From a virus (Duplodnaviria > Caudoviricetes): a DNA stretch of 64,000 nucleotides. The translations under genes were made by a program, and so were the position numbers. This document shows positions 28,356-38,235 of this stretch, piece by piece. Each line of letters opens with the position of its first letter. The stretch's first letter is position 1. The notes under the pieces are model-generated. The model had not been told where the DNA came from. It was given only the letters and a program-made list of their open reading frames with translations, and made no database searches. The stretch is from positions 1-64,000 of IMG/VR virus record IMGVR_UViG_2879905790_000001, one strand, 5' to 3'.

Positions 28356-28727
28356 TTGCAAAGGAAGATGATAATGAATCAATATTTATTAATAAATGGA
28401 ATCTTTTATTTTTTAGTTAATTTAATAAGTATAATAATTTCTAAAAAATATCTTTTAAAAGATAAAAACTATAATGAAGATGATATAAAATTAATGAAGA
28501 AAAAACATAAACATTTTATAATTATAGAAACTGAAAAAGATGATGATAGCTTAGGAAAAGGTGGTTTTAGAATTAGGTTTTCTTTCTTGGGATTAAGTGA
28601 TTTCATATTGTTTTATATAATTATATTTATAATATCTTTTATACCAATAATAAATATAATTTCTATAATAATAAATATTTCATTAACTGCCATAGTTATT
28701 ATAAAATCTAAAATAAATAATAATTAA
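28356..28727 (+). CDS. Membrane protein
   Basis: 2-3 hydrophobic segments. Confidence 0.55.
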   Translation: MQRKMIMNQYLLINGIFYFLVNLISIIISKKYLLKDKNYNEDDIKLMKKKHKHFIIIETEKDDDSLGKGGFRIRFSFLGLSDFILFYIIIFIISFIPIINIISIIINISLTAIVIIKSKINNN

Positions 28728-28885
28728 AAATTTATTTAATTAAAAAATGACTTCTATTATCCATCCTGACGATTATGAATTAGATGAAATAGAAATCATA
28801 AATAAAGAAAAAACAATAGAATTGTTGACAAAAATTTGATTTGATGTTATATTAAATATAAATAACATCAAAGAAGGTGTAAAAT

Positions 28886-29176
28886 ATGTTTCACAAAATA
28901 AATCCTGAGGAAGAAATTGAAAAAGCTATTCAGAATAATCCTGAATTAGAAATTTATATGAAACAGGCTAATGCTCAATATCAGTTAATTAAATCATTAG
29001 TCGAATTTAGAAAGTCTGCTAAAATAACTCAGAGAGAAGTTGCAGAAAGAAGCGGATTAACTCAACAGATGGTTTCACGTTTAGAGAAGATAGATAATTC
29101 TCCGACATTAGATGTGTTTTTAAGATATGTTTCTGCTTTAGGGTTAGAATTAACAATTAAGAAGACTGAAAATTAA
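28886..29176 (+). CDS. XRE-family HTH protein, HigA-antitoxin-like
   Basis: RKSAKITQREVAERSGLTQQMVSRLEK...SPTL; own promoter TTGACA...TGTTATATT at ~28825. Confidence 0.8.
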   Translation: MFHKINPEEEIEKAIQNNPELEIYMKQANAQYQLIKSLVEFRKSAKITQREVAERSGLTQQMVSRLEKIDNSPTLDVFLRYVSALGLELTIKKTEN

Positions 29177-29249
29177 TTATATTAAGTATAAGAACACAAA
29201 ACCTTGGTGAATATATTATTAATGATAATATTTTATCGAGGTGATTTAA

Positions 29250-30311
29250 TTGAGAAAATATTCAAGCGAAGAACTATTAGAAAAAATAAGGATTAAAACA
29301 AAAGAGTTAGGTCGGATTCCAAAAACTGCTGAGGTAAAATCTTATATAACAATTATTAAAGAATTCGGGACTTGGGATAACGCATTGAAACAAGCAGGTT
29401 ATACGAAAGAAGAAATTTATAAATCTAGAGATCAGTATACCGATGATGAGTTATTAAACATAATACGAAGTAAAACTAAAGAATTAGGAAGGATACCTTA
29501 TTTAAAAGAAATAAAACAATGTAGGATAATATCTAAAAGGTTCGGCTCATGGAATAATGCATTAATTTTAGCAGGTTATAAAGATATCCAAATATTAAAA
29601 AAGAATAAAGAATTTACGCGAGAAGAACTTTTAGAATTAATAAGATGTAAATGTAATGAATTAGGTCGAATACCCAAAAGGGCAGAATTTGAATTACAAT
29701 ATGAAGTATATAAAAATTTTGATTCATGGAATGATGCTTTGAAATTAGCAGGAATTGAAATAAAATCAGAGAAAAAGAAAATAAAAAGTAATGAAAAAAA
29801 GAAAAAATATAGTGATGAAGACTTATTACAAAAAATTAAAAATAAATATAATGAGTTAGGAGAAATACCAAAGTCCTATCAAGTTGAAAATTATACAATT
29901 ATAATTAGAAGGTTTAATGGTTGGGATAATGCTTTAAAAAAGGCAGGGTTTGATAATAAAGAATTAAAAAAATACAAAAAAACATATACAAAAAAAGATT
30001 TGTTAAATATGATAAAAGAGAAAACTCAAGAATTAGGGAAAATACCTAGTATGTCAGATTTTTCACATAAACATATATTTGTTAAGAATTTTGGTACTTG
30101 GGAAAATGCATTAGTAGAAGCAGGGTTTAATAAAGAAGATATACTTAATCGTAATAAAAAGTATAGTGATGAGGATTTATTAAATATAATAAATACAAAA
30201 TATCTTCAATTAGGGAAAATACCTAAAGCTAAAGATGTAAAACAATATTATTCTATAATTAATAGATTTGACTCATGGGAGAATGCATTGAAAAAAGCAG
30301 ATTTAATATAA
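29250..30311 (+). CDS. Protein of six homing-endonuclease-associated repeats, no nuclease domain
   Basis: Six units Y[ST]xE[ED]LL...ELG[RK]IP...F[GD]xWxNALxxAG. Confidence 0.8.
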   Translation: MRKYSSEELLEKIRIKTKELGRIPKTAEVKSYITIIKEFGTWDNALKQAGYTKEEIYKSRDQYTDDELLNIIRSKTKELGRIPYLKEIKQCRIISKRFGSWNNALILAGYKDIQILKKNKEFTREELLELIRCKCNELGRIPKRAEFELQYEVYKNFDSWNDALKLAGIEIKSEKKKIKSNEKKKKYSDEDLLQKIKNKYNELGEIPKSYQVENYTIIIRRFNGWDNALKKAGFDNKELKKYKKTYTKKDLLNMIKEKTQELGKIPSMSDFSHKHIFVKNFGTWENALVEAGFNKEDILNRNKKYSDEDLLNIINTKYLQLGKIPKAKDVKQYYSIINRFDSWENALKKADLI

Positions 30312-30379
30312 AAAGTTACTTTTATGATAATATATGGTATAATATAATAAATTAAGTATAAGATGGGGGATAGATAACT

Positions 30380-30574
30380 ATGAAAAAAGTAAAAATTATA
30401 ATGAATAGTGGGAAAGAATATACTTATAAATCTAGTGAAAAAGATTGTACAATAGCTGATTTTTTAGATATAGTGCTTGATGAAAAGGGTGTTCCCAAGA
30501 ATAGAATAGTTATATTACAATCAGAAGGTTTAGCAATAAATCCTGTAACTATTTCAAGTTTAGAGCAATTATAA
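30380..30574 (+). CDS. Hypothetical protein
   Basis: RBS GGGGGA. Confidence 0.6.
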   Translation: MKKVKIIMNSGKEYTYKSSEKDCTIADFLDIVLDEKGVPKNRIVILQSEGLAINPVTISSLEQL

Positions 30575-30671
30575 ATTACAGGGAAAATAATCCTTGTAAT
30601 TTTTTCTAATACATGTTATTATATTAATATAAAATAATTTGACAAATATAAATAACAAGGAGTTGTTTTAA

Positions 30672-31586
30672 ATGACTGAATTACCTGAAAGAGTTGAGGA
30701 TTTTTTAAAATATTTAAGAGGTATAAAAAATAAAAGTCAAAATACAATAGAAGGATATGAAGTAGATTTAAGAATGTTTTTTAGGTGGTATAAATTAGAT
30801 AAGGGATTAGTCAATAAAGATATTAAGTTTCAAAATATAAATATATCAGATATTAAAGATACTCATATTAAATCTGTCACATTACAGGATTTATATAATT
30901 TTGTTTATTACCTACAGAATGAAAGAAAGAACAGTGAAAAATCAAGAGCTAGGAAAATAGCTAGTTTAAAATCATTTTTTCATTATTTAAAAACTAAAGC
31001 AAAAATAATAGAAGAAGATGTTTCAATAGAATTAGAAACTCCAGATATAAAAAAAAGAGAACCTGTATATTTAACCTTAGAAGAATGTAACAAATTATTA
31101 GAGGTTATTCGAGATGGTAGTGCCAGAAGTAAGAGAAATTATTGTATAGTAATTATACTACTTAATCATGGGCTTAGAGTAAGTGAATTATTAAATTTAA
31201 AAGTAGAGGACATAGTAAACAATGAAAAATTAAAGATTATAGGAAAAGGTGACAAGCAGAGGTACTTATATCTTAATAATGTTACCAGAGAAGCTATATT
31301 GGCTTATATTAAAGACGAAGGTATAGCAGAGGGTAAATTATTCAATATAAGCGATACACAGGTTAACAATGTAATTAAAGGATATTGTAAAACTGCTAAT
31401 ATAAATAAACCTATAACAGCACATAAATTACGCCATACATTTGCTACTGTAAATCTTAAACAAACTAAAGATTTAAGATATGTACAAGAAGCTTTGGGAC
31501 ATAGTAATATTTCAACTACACAAATATATACACATGTTTTAGATGAAGATAAGAAAAAATATGCAAATGAAGTTCAAATAGGATAA
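30672..31586 (+). CDS. XerC/D-like tyrosine recombinase with intact catalytic set
   Basis: HGLRVSEL, GKGDK, HKLRHTFAT, LGHSNISTTQIY. Confidence 0.92.
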   Translation: MTELPERVEDFLKYLRGIKNKSQNTIEGYEVDLRMFFRWYKLDKGLVNKDIKFQNINISDIKDTHIKSVTLQDLYNFVYYLQNERKNSEKSRARKIASLKSFFHYLKTKAKIIEEDVSIELETPDIKKREPVYLTLEECNKLLEVIRDGSARSKRNYCIVIILLNHGLRVSELLNLKVEDIVNNEKLKIIGKGDKQRYLYLNNVTREAILAYIKDEGIAEGKLFNISDTQVNNVIKGYCKTANINKPITAHKLRHTFATVNLKQTKDLRYVQEALGHSNISTTQIYTHVLDEDKKKYANEVQIG

Positions 31587-31655
31587 AATATATGATAAAC
31601 AAAAATAAGGTTTTTATTGATTAATATAAAATAATTTAATAAGGGAGCAAAGAAA

Positions 31656-33284
31656 ATGTTTGAAAATAATAAGGATTTTTATCCAACACCTAAAAAATTA
31701 ATAAATAAAATGTTAGAAGCTATAGATTTTAAAACTGTGTCGAATATTCTTGAGCCATCAGCAGGAAAAGGAGATATAGTAGAAGGAATTAAAAATAAAA
31801 TAAAATCAATAAAAAGCAATAATTATTTTGCAAGAGAAGCAAATTGGGATATCGATTGTATTGAAATAGACGAAGATCTAAGACATATTTTAACAGGGAA
31901 AGGTCTTAGAATTATTCATGATGATTTTTTAACTTATAATGGATTCAAAAAATATGATTTAATTATAGCTAACTTCCCATTTTCACAGGGAGATAAACAT
32001 TTATTAAAGGCGTTAGAATTAATAGAGAATGGGGGGAATCTTGTTTGCTTAATTAATGCAGAAACCATAAAAAATCCATATAGTAATTTAAGAAAAACAT
32101 TAATAAAGAAATTAAATAAATATAATGCAAATATAGAATATCTACAAGATGAATTTGTTAATGCAGAAAGAAAAACTGAAGTAGAGATTGCATTAATACA
32201 AGTAAAAATAGAAAATAAAAATAAAGATAGTATTATACTAGAGAAACTAAAACAAGAGGAAGAATTTAATCAAGAAACTAAACAAAATAATGATTCATTA
32301 ATCGATGGTGATTTTTTAACAGGAATAGTTCAACAATATAATTTTGAAATTAAAGCAGGAATTAAATTAATTAATGAATATAAGAATTTACAATCAATAA
32401 TGTTAAAATCTTTTAAAGATGATTTTGATAAAAACAGGTCTATTTTAAAATTAGATATAAATACTAGTAAAAATAATTATTACACAGAGAAAACTAAGAA
32501 TAATTTAATAAATGAATACATAGAAAATGTTAGATACAAATATTGGGAAACTTTGTTTAATAATGAGAAATTTACATCTCTATTAACATCTAATCTATTG
32601 TATGAATTCAGACAAAAATTAAATGATTTAAAAAACTATGATTTTAGCTTATATAATATCAGAGAATTACAAGAACAAATGAATCAAAATGTAATCAAAA
32701 GAGTAGAGGACACAATTCTAAATTTATTTGAAGAATTTTCTAGTCAATATAGTTGGTATAAGGAATGTAGTAAAAATATTCATTATTACAATGGTTGGAG
32801 TAGCAATTCTGCATTTAAAATTAATAAACACATAATAATTCCTTTATCCTCTTACGGGATATTAGGTGATAGATTAGATTATGGATATAAATTTTATGAG
32901 AAATTAAAAGATATAGAGCATGTTTTTGATTACTTAGACGGAGGAAAAACAGAAAATACAAATTTAAAAGAAATATTAGATGAGGCTGAAAAAGAAAGAC
33001 AAACTAAAAATATAAAAACAAAATATTTTTCTATAAATACATATAAAAAAGGTACTACTCATTTAACATTTTTGAATGAAGAATTATTAAAAAAATTCAA
33101 TATTTTTGGAAGTTGTAAAAAAGGATGGTTGCCTTTTTCTTATGGTAAATGTAAATATGAAGATATGTCTGAGAAGGAAAAACAAGTAATTGATGAGTTT
33201 GAGGGGAAAGAAAGTTATGAAAAGACTATGAGAAATATAGATTATTACATATATAAACCTAATCAAATATTAATGTTGCAGTAA
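31656..33284 (+). CDS. SAM-dependent DNA methyltransferase-like protein with DUF4942-type C-terminus
   Basis: FYPTP, ILEPSAGKG, DFL; motif IV reads NFPF; YKKGTTHLTF. Confidence 0.75.
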   Translation: MFENNKDFYPTPKKLINKMLEAIDFKTVSNILEPSAGKGDIVEGIKNKIKSIKSNNYFAREANWDIDCIEIDEDLRHILTGKGLRIIHDDFLTYNGFKKYDLIIANFPFSQGDKHLLKALELIENGGNLVCLINAETIKNPYSNLRKTLIKKLNKYNANIEYLQDEFVNAERKTEVEIALIQVKIENKNKDSIILEKLKQEEEFNQETKQNNDSLIDGDFLTGIVQQYNFEIKAGIKLINEYKNLQSIMLKSFKDDFDKNRSILKLDINTSKNNYYTEKTKNNLINEYIENVRYKYWETLFNNEKFTSLLTSNLLYEFRQKLNDLKNYDFSLYNIRELQEQMNQNVIKRVEDTILNLFEEFSSQYSWYKECSKNIHYYNGWSSNSAFKINKHIIIPLSSYGILGDRLDYGYKFYEKLKDIEHVFDYLDGGKTENTNLKEILDEAEKERQTKNIKTKYFSINTYKKGTTHLTFLNEELLKKFNIFGSCKKGWLPFSYGKCKYEDMSEKEKQVIDEFEGKESYEKTMRNIDYYIYKPNQILMLQ

Positions 33285-33488
33285 TATAAAATAATTTGAC
33301 AAAATAATAATAAAGTAGTATCATAAGATTATAGGAAATATTTAGAAAGAAGTATGAATAAAATAATACTTTTAAAGCAATTTGAAATAATTTATTAAAT
33401 ATGTGATGATAGACTATGACATAATTATAGATAAGGAGAATTGAGTTATAGCTAAAATAAAAAAAATAAAAGAGAGGTAACAAAATTT

Positions 33489-33665
33489 ATGGCAAAAGGT
33501 GCAGAAATTAAAAAAGTAACTATTAAAATTCCAGAAGATGTAACAATAGAAGAAATAGAAAGAAAAACTTGTGGTGCTTATGCTAAGATTCTATCTGAAA
33601 TGTATTCTCCACAAGTTATAAAGAAAATAATAGAAAAATTGGAATCAGGAGATATAGAATTGTAA
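33489..33665 (+). CDS. Hypothetical protein (58 aa)
   Basis: RBS GAGGT. Confidence 0.55.
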   Translation: MAKGAEIKKVTIKIPEDVTIEEIERKTCGAYAKILSEMYSPQVIKKIIEKLESGDIEL

Positions 33666-33750
33666 GTTAAGAGCCTAAATTTCATATGATGATAAATTAT
33701 TATACCTCAGAAAATATAAAAATATTAATAGAAGGTAGGGGATTTAATAA

Positions 33751-34758
33751 ATGAATATACAGGATATAAAACAAAAATTAAATAGCAAAGAATATGATTT
33801 CTTAAGAAATAACGAACATTTAGGAAATAATATAATATTATTAACTACTGGAGGAAGTCATGCATATGGTACTAATGTCGAAAGTAGTGATTTAGATATT
33901 AGAGGAATAGCTACAGAAAGAATAGAAGAATTAATAGGACTATCTTCATTTGAACAATTTGAAAATAAAGAAACAGACACTACAATATATGCATTAAATA
34001 AAGTTATAAAGTTAATGCTTAATTGTAATCCAAATACAATAGAATTATTAGGAACAAAAGATGAGCATTTATTTATTTGTAATAAGCATGGTAAATTATT
34101 AAGAGATAATGTGAATTTATTTTTATCTAAAAAAGCAATACATAGTTTTGGAGGGTATGCCACAGCCCAATTAAGAAGGCTTCAAAATGCTTTAGCTAGA
34201 GATTCCTATCCCCAATCTGAAAAAGAACAGCACATATTAAATAGTATAAAGAATCAAATGGTATCTTTTGAAGATAGATATAAAAAAATTACAAACAAAA
34301 ATATTAATTTGTATATAGATAAATCTAAAAAAGAAGATTTAGAAAATGAAATATTTATGAATATTGATTTAAACAATTATCCTTTAAGAGACTTTAAAAA
34401 CATATATTCAGAAATGAGCAATATAGTTAAAGATTATGGAAAGTTAAATCATAGAAATAGCAAAAAAGATGAGCTGCACTTAAATAAACATGCATTACAC
34501 TTGATTAGGTTGTTAAAAATGGGAACGGAATTATTAGAAGGTAAAGGGATAAATACTTATAGAGACAAAGACAGAGAGCTATTATTAAACATAAGAAATG
34601 GTAAGTATAGTTACAAAGAAATATTTGAAATGGTAGATAAATATGAGAAAGATTTTAAATATGCCTCTGACAATACAAATTTACCTAATAAACCCAAGTA
34701 TAAAGAAGTAGAAGAATTAGTTATAGAAATTAACAAAGGAGTAATCAACAATGATTAG
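33751..34758 (+). CDS. Pol-beta-family nucleotidyltransferase, RlaP-like
   Basis: GGSHAYGTNVESSDLDIRG, NPNTIELL, KHALHLIRL. Confidence 0.8.
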   Translation: MNIQDIKQKLNSKEYDFLRNNEHLGNNIILLTTGGSHAYGTNVESSDLDIRGIATERIEELIGLSSFEQFENKETDTTIYALNKVIKLMLNCNPNTIELLGTKDEHLFICNKHGKLLRDNVNLFLSKKAIHSFGGYATAQLRRLQNALARDSYPQSEKEQHILNSIKNQMVSFEDRYKKITNKNINLYIDKSKKEDLENEIFMNIDLNNYPLRDFKNIYSEMSNIVKDYGKLNHRNSKKDELHLNKHALHLIRLLKMGTELLEGKGINTYRDKDRELLLNIRNGKYSYKEIFEMVDKYEKDFKYASDNTNLPNKPKYKEVEELVIEINKGVINND

Positions 34759-36103
34759 TAAAGATATAAAAATTCAAATGCCTAAATGGGTAAGGTATAT
34801 TATAAATACTTTAGAAGATTTTGATTATGAGGCATATATAGTAGGAGGCTGTGTTAGAGATAGTTTATTAAATAGAAACCCAAATGACTGGGATATTACC
34901 ACTAATGCAAAACCACAAGATGTAATTGAAATATTTGAAAGCTTAGGATATAAAATTATACCTACAGGATTAAAGCACGGAACAGTTACAATATTAATAA
35001 ATGATATGCCAATAGAAGTAACGACTTATAGAATAGATGGAGCATATGATGATAATAGACATCCTAAAGAAGTTACATTTACTAATAGCTTAAAAGAGGA
35101 CTTAAGTCGCAGAGATTTCACTATCAATGCAATAGCTTATAATGATAAAGAAGGATTAGTTGATTATTTTGGAGGATTGAGAGATTTAGAATATAAGGAA
35201 TTAAATTGTGTAGGTAATGCTGAAGAAAGATTTAAAGAAGATAAATTGAGAATTCTTAGAGCAATAAGATTTGCAAGTGCATACGATTTAGAAATTTACC
35301 GAAATATAATTTATGCTATAGAAGAAGATAATGACCTATCTAAATTAAGCAAGGAAAGAGTAAAAAGTGAATTTAATAAAATAATGTTAAGTAAAAAACC
35401 TAGTATATGGTTAAATTTAATGTTGAGATTAGGTTTACTTGAACAAATAGTACCTGAAATTAGAAAATGTTTTGCTTTCGACCAATTAAACCCACATCAT
35501 AATAAAAATGTATTTGACCATATTTTAGATGTAGTAGACAATACTGACCCAATATTAGAATTAAGATTGTCGGCATTATTTCATGACATTGGAAAACCAA
35601 AATGTTTTAGTTTGGGTGAAGATGGAGTGGGTCATTTTTATTCACATCAAAAAGAATCAGCTAAAATTTGCGAAAACAGAATGAGAAAATTAAAATATAG
35701 TAATAAAGAGATTGAAAATGTTAGAGAATTAGTATATTGGCACATGAATATTTGCGATAATACTTCATTAAAGTCTATAAAAAAATTTATTAAAAATATA
35801 AGTGTTGATAGATTGGAATATTTATTTAAATTAAAAGTAGCTGATATAAGTGCTAGTGTTTATTGTTATGAGGATTATGCAGATATATTTAAAACTAAAT
35901 ATGAATGTGAAAGAGTATTAAATGAAAAACAACCTTTAACAATTAAGGATTTAGATATTAATGGATATGACTTAATGAAGTTAGGAATAAACCAAGGAAA
36001 AGAAATAGGTATTATGTTAAATAAATTATTAGATGTAATTTTAGAAAATCCTAATTTAAATAATAAAGAAGACTTAATTAAAATAGTTAAAGATAACTTA
36101 TAA
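34751..36103 (+). CDS. cca: CCA-adding tRNA nucleotidyltransferase family protein with HD domain
   Basis: VGGCVRD, DWD, EVTTYR, RRDFTINA, EDKLRILRAIRF, HH...LFHDIGKP. Confidence 0.9.
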   Translation: MISKDIKIQMPKWVRYIINTLEDFDYEAYIVGGCVRDSLLNRNPNDWDITTNAKPQDVIEIFESLGYKIIPTGLKHGTVTILINDMPIEVTTYRIDGAYDDNRHPKEVTFTNSLKEDLSRRDFTINAIAYNDKEGLVDYFGGLRDLEYKELNCVGNAEERFKEDKLRILRAIRFASAYDLEIYRNIIYAIEEDNDLSKLSKERVKSEFNKIMLSKKPSIWLNLMLRLGLLEQIVPEIRKCFAFDQLNPHHNKNVFDHILDVVDNTDPILELRLSALFHDIGKPKCFSLGEDGVGHFYSHQKESAKICENRMRKLKYSNKEIENVRELVYWHMNICDNTSLKSIKKFIKNISVDRLEYLFKLKVADISASVYCYEDYADIFKTKYECERVLNEKQPLTIKDLDINGYDLMKLGINQGKEIGIMLNKLLDVILENPNLNNKEDLIKIVKDNL

Positions 36104-36167
36104 TGAAAAAGATATTTTATCACATATTTCGTTATGTTATAATACATAATGAAAAAGAGGTGATAAT

Positions 36168-36959
36168 TTGAGAAACTATAACTCAATAGATAAAGAAGAT
36201 ATCTTAAATATAATAAAAACATGGATAATTAGATATAAAAGATTGCCAACAAAACAAGATTGGGAGAAACTAAGAAAAGGAAATAAAGATATTCCTACAA
36301 TAAATACTATAATAAAGATTTTTAATATGAGTTATGATGAAATATTGAATTTAGTAAAGACTGATGGAGCAAAAAGAAGCGTAGTTGTTAACGCAAGAGA
36401 AGTTTCAGATTTTGATAAAGAATTATTAAAAAAACAATATGTTCAAGATAAATTAAAAGATTCGAGAGATTTAAAAAATAAATCACGCATTCCACAAGAA
36501 TTGCTAGAAATATTTAGTTCTTCATCTAAACATATTAGAAAAAGTAGAAAGGAATTACTGGATATATTGAAAGATTTATCAAAGAAATTAGGACATATGC
36601 CATCAAAAAAAGAAATAGAAAATTTAGGTTATGATGAATCCATATTTGCAAGAAAATTTGCAACTTATGAACAGGCTGTTTTAGCAGCTAAAATGGAAAT
36701 GGATTTAGAAAATCAATTAAAATTAGAAACAAAAAAAATAATTCCTAAGAAAAATAGACGTAAAAAAAGCGGATACACTAAAGAACAATTAAAGGAAATT
36801 TTAATTCAAGAATATAAGAGATCAGGTAAGAAATTAACTTTTAAAGAAATAGACACTGATGAAAATATGCCTAGTTCAAGTACATTTAAGAGATATTTTA
36901 AGACAACAAGTATGATGAAAATTTGGAATGAAATATTAAACAATGATGAAGAGAGGTGA
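36168..36959 (+). CDS. Homing-endonuclease-associated repeat protein (degenerate repeats)
   Basis: KKLGHMPSKKE...FATYEQAVLAA; PSSSTFKRYF. Confidence 0.6.
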   Translation: MRNYNSIDKEDILNIIKTWIIRYKRLPTKQDWEKLRKGNKDIPTINTIIKIFNMSYDEILNLVKTDGAKRSVVVNAREVSDFDKELLKKQYVQDKLKDSRDLKNKSRIPQELLEIFSSSSKHIRKSRKELLDILKDLSKKLGHMPSKKEIENLGYDESIFARKFATYEQAVLAAKMEMDLENQLKLETKKIIPKKNRRKKSGYTKEQLKEILIQEYKRSGKKLTFKEIDTDENMPSSSTFKRYFKTTSMMKIWNEILNNDEER

Positions 36960-37042
36960 TGAATTTTTTGTACATATATATTATAATTTTATTGATTGGA
37001 TTTTTCATAGGATTATTTTATGGGAAGTCTATTGTAAAATAA
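36959..37042 (+). CDS. 27-aa TM peptide
   Basis: RBS GAGG; MNFLYIYIIILLIGFFIGLFYGKSIVK. Confidence 0.4.
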   Translation: MNFLYIYIIILLIGFFIGLFYGKSIVK

Positions 37043-37061
37043 TTTAATAAGGGGTGATTAA

Positions 37062-37265
37062 ATGAGCTGGATGTATGGTATACAAAAGATCACAGATTAT
37101 CATAAAGTAATATGTGATAATGAGAGCAAGGAAATTATAACTATAGTAGATGAGATAGATAAAGAAATCATATCAAATATAATAACTAAACATAATAGAT
37201 GTGTAAATGAAGAATTTAATAAAGGATTAGAATATGCTATAAAAATAGCTAAAAATATAAAATAA
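37062..37265 (+). CDS. Hypothetical protein
   Basis: ORF with RBS. Confidence 0.6.
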   Translation: MSWMYGIQKITDYHKVICDNESKEIITIVDEIDKEIISNIITKHNRCVNEEFNKGLEYAIKIAKNIK

Positions 37266-37310
37266 TTTAATAAAATTTTGTTTTTATAATAATATAAGGA
37301 GGAACATTAA

Positions 37311-37856
37311 ATGGAAGTTAATTATAAAATAAAAGAGAATGGAAAGCCATCAGTTGCTTTTAGTAAAGAAGGTCTTTATACAAGTTTTAATCTTTTAACT
37401 AAAGAATATTTTAACTATAAAAAGCAAAATTTATTTTTGCACGAATCAAAATTAAATAGCAATAATTCAAACAAAGATAGACGTTTTACTATTTCAATTA
37501 GACAAGACGGAGATAATAAAGAGGTAAAAAAATATAAAATGGCACAAATGGATTTAAAAGAAGATGAGTTAATTGTTGTAAGAAATAATATTAATAAAAT
37601 ATTAGATGACAATACATATAATAAAAAGAAGGAAGAAAATGATTTACCATTTTGTAATAAAAAGTATGAAATAGTTTATTATAAAGGTGGAAAATATAAA
37701 AATGCTATAAATGGCTTAGGACAAGTTAATTGTATAAAGGGTACTCTAATTAATTATGATAATCCATTTACAGGTAGATTCTTTTTAGAAAATGAGAATG
37801 GAGCTTTAGAAATTATACCAATGGTTAGTGTAGTAGAAATGAGGGAAATAAAATAA
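37311..37856 (+). CDS. Hypothetical protein
   Basis: RBS AGGAGG. Confidence 0.7.
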   Translation: MEVNYKIKENGKPSVAFSKEGLYTSFNLLTKEYFNYKKQNLFLHESKLNSNNSNKDRRFTISIRQDGDNKEVKKYKMAQMDLKEDELIVVRNNINKILDDNTYNKKKEENDLPFCNKKYEIVYYKGGKYKNAINGLGQVNCIKGTLINYDNPFTGRFFLENENGALEIIPMVSVVEMREIK

Positions 37857-37881
37857 TTTAGTAAAATAGGAGGATATATAA

Positions 37882-38160
37882 ATGAGTAAACATGAATATG
37901 GATATGATATAACGAAAGATATGAAGGAATTGTATGGAGGGGAGTATGAACAGATAAATAACATAAGGGTATCTTTAGCAGAATCAGTTCTAACTACAAG
38001 TCAAACAATGTGTAATTTAATGAATATAATACAAAACCCTATTCCAATAAGACAACAGGAATTAGATAAATGGATAGAGGATAAAGATGTATTTTTAAAA
38101 ACTGTAGAAAAACAATGTGATTTAATTGCATCTTTTGTTAAAGACTATCATATAAAATAG
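37882..38160 (+). CDS. Hypothetical protein
   Basis: RBS AGGAGG. Confidence 0.7.
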   Translation: MSKHEYGYDITKDMKELYGGEYEQINNIRVSLAESVLTTSQTMCNLMNIIQNPIPIRQQELDKWIEDKDVFLKTVEKQCDLIASFVKDYHIK

Positions 38161-38182
38161 TTCTTTTATTTACATTTTATAC

Positions 38183-38211
38183 TTGACTAATATAAAATAA
38201 TTTGATAAAGT
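38183..38211 (+). promoter_or_regulatory. Promoter with TAAAATAATTTG box in its spacer
   Basis: TTGACT-17bp-TAAAGT, TG extended. Confidence 0.55.
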
Positions 38212-38235
38212 ATAAATTGTAAGAGGGGTGATAAA

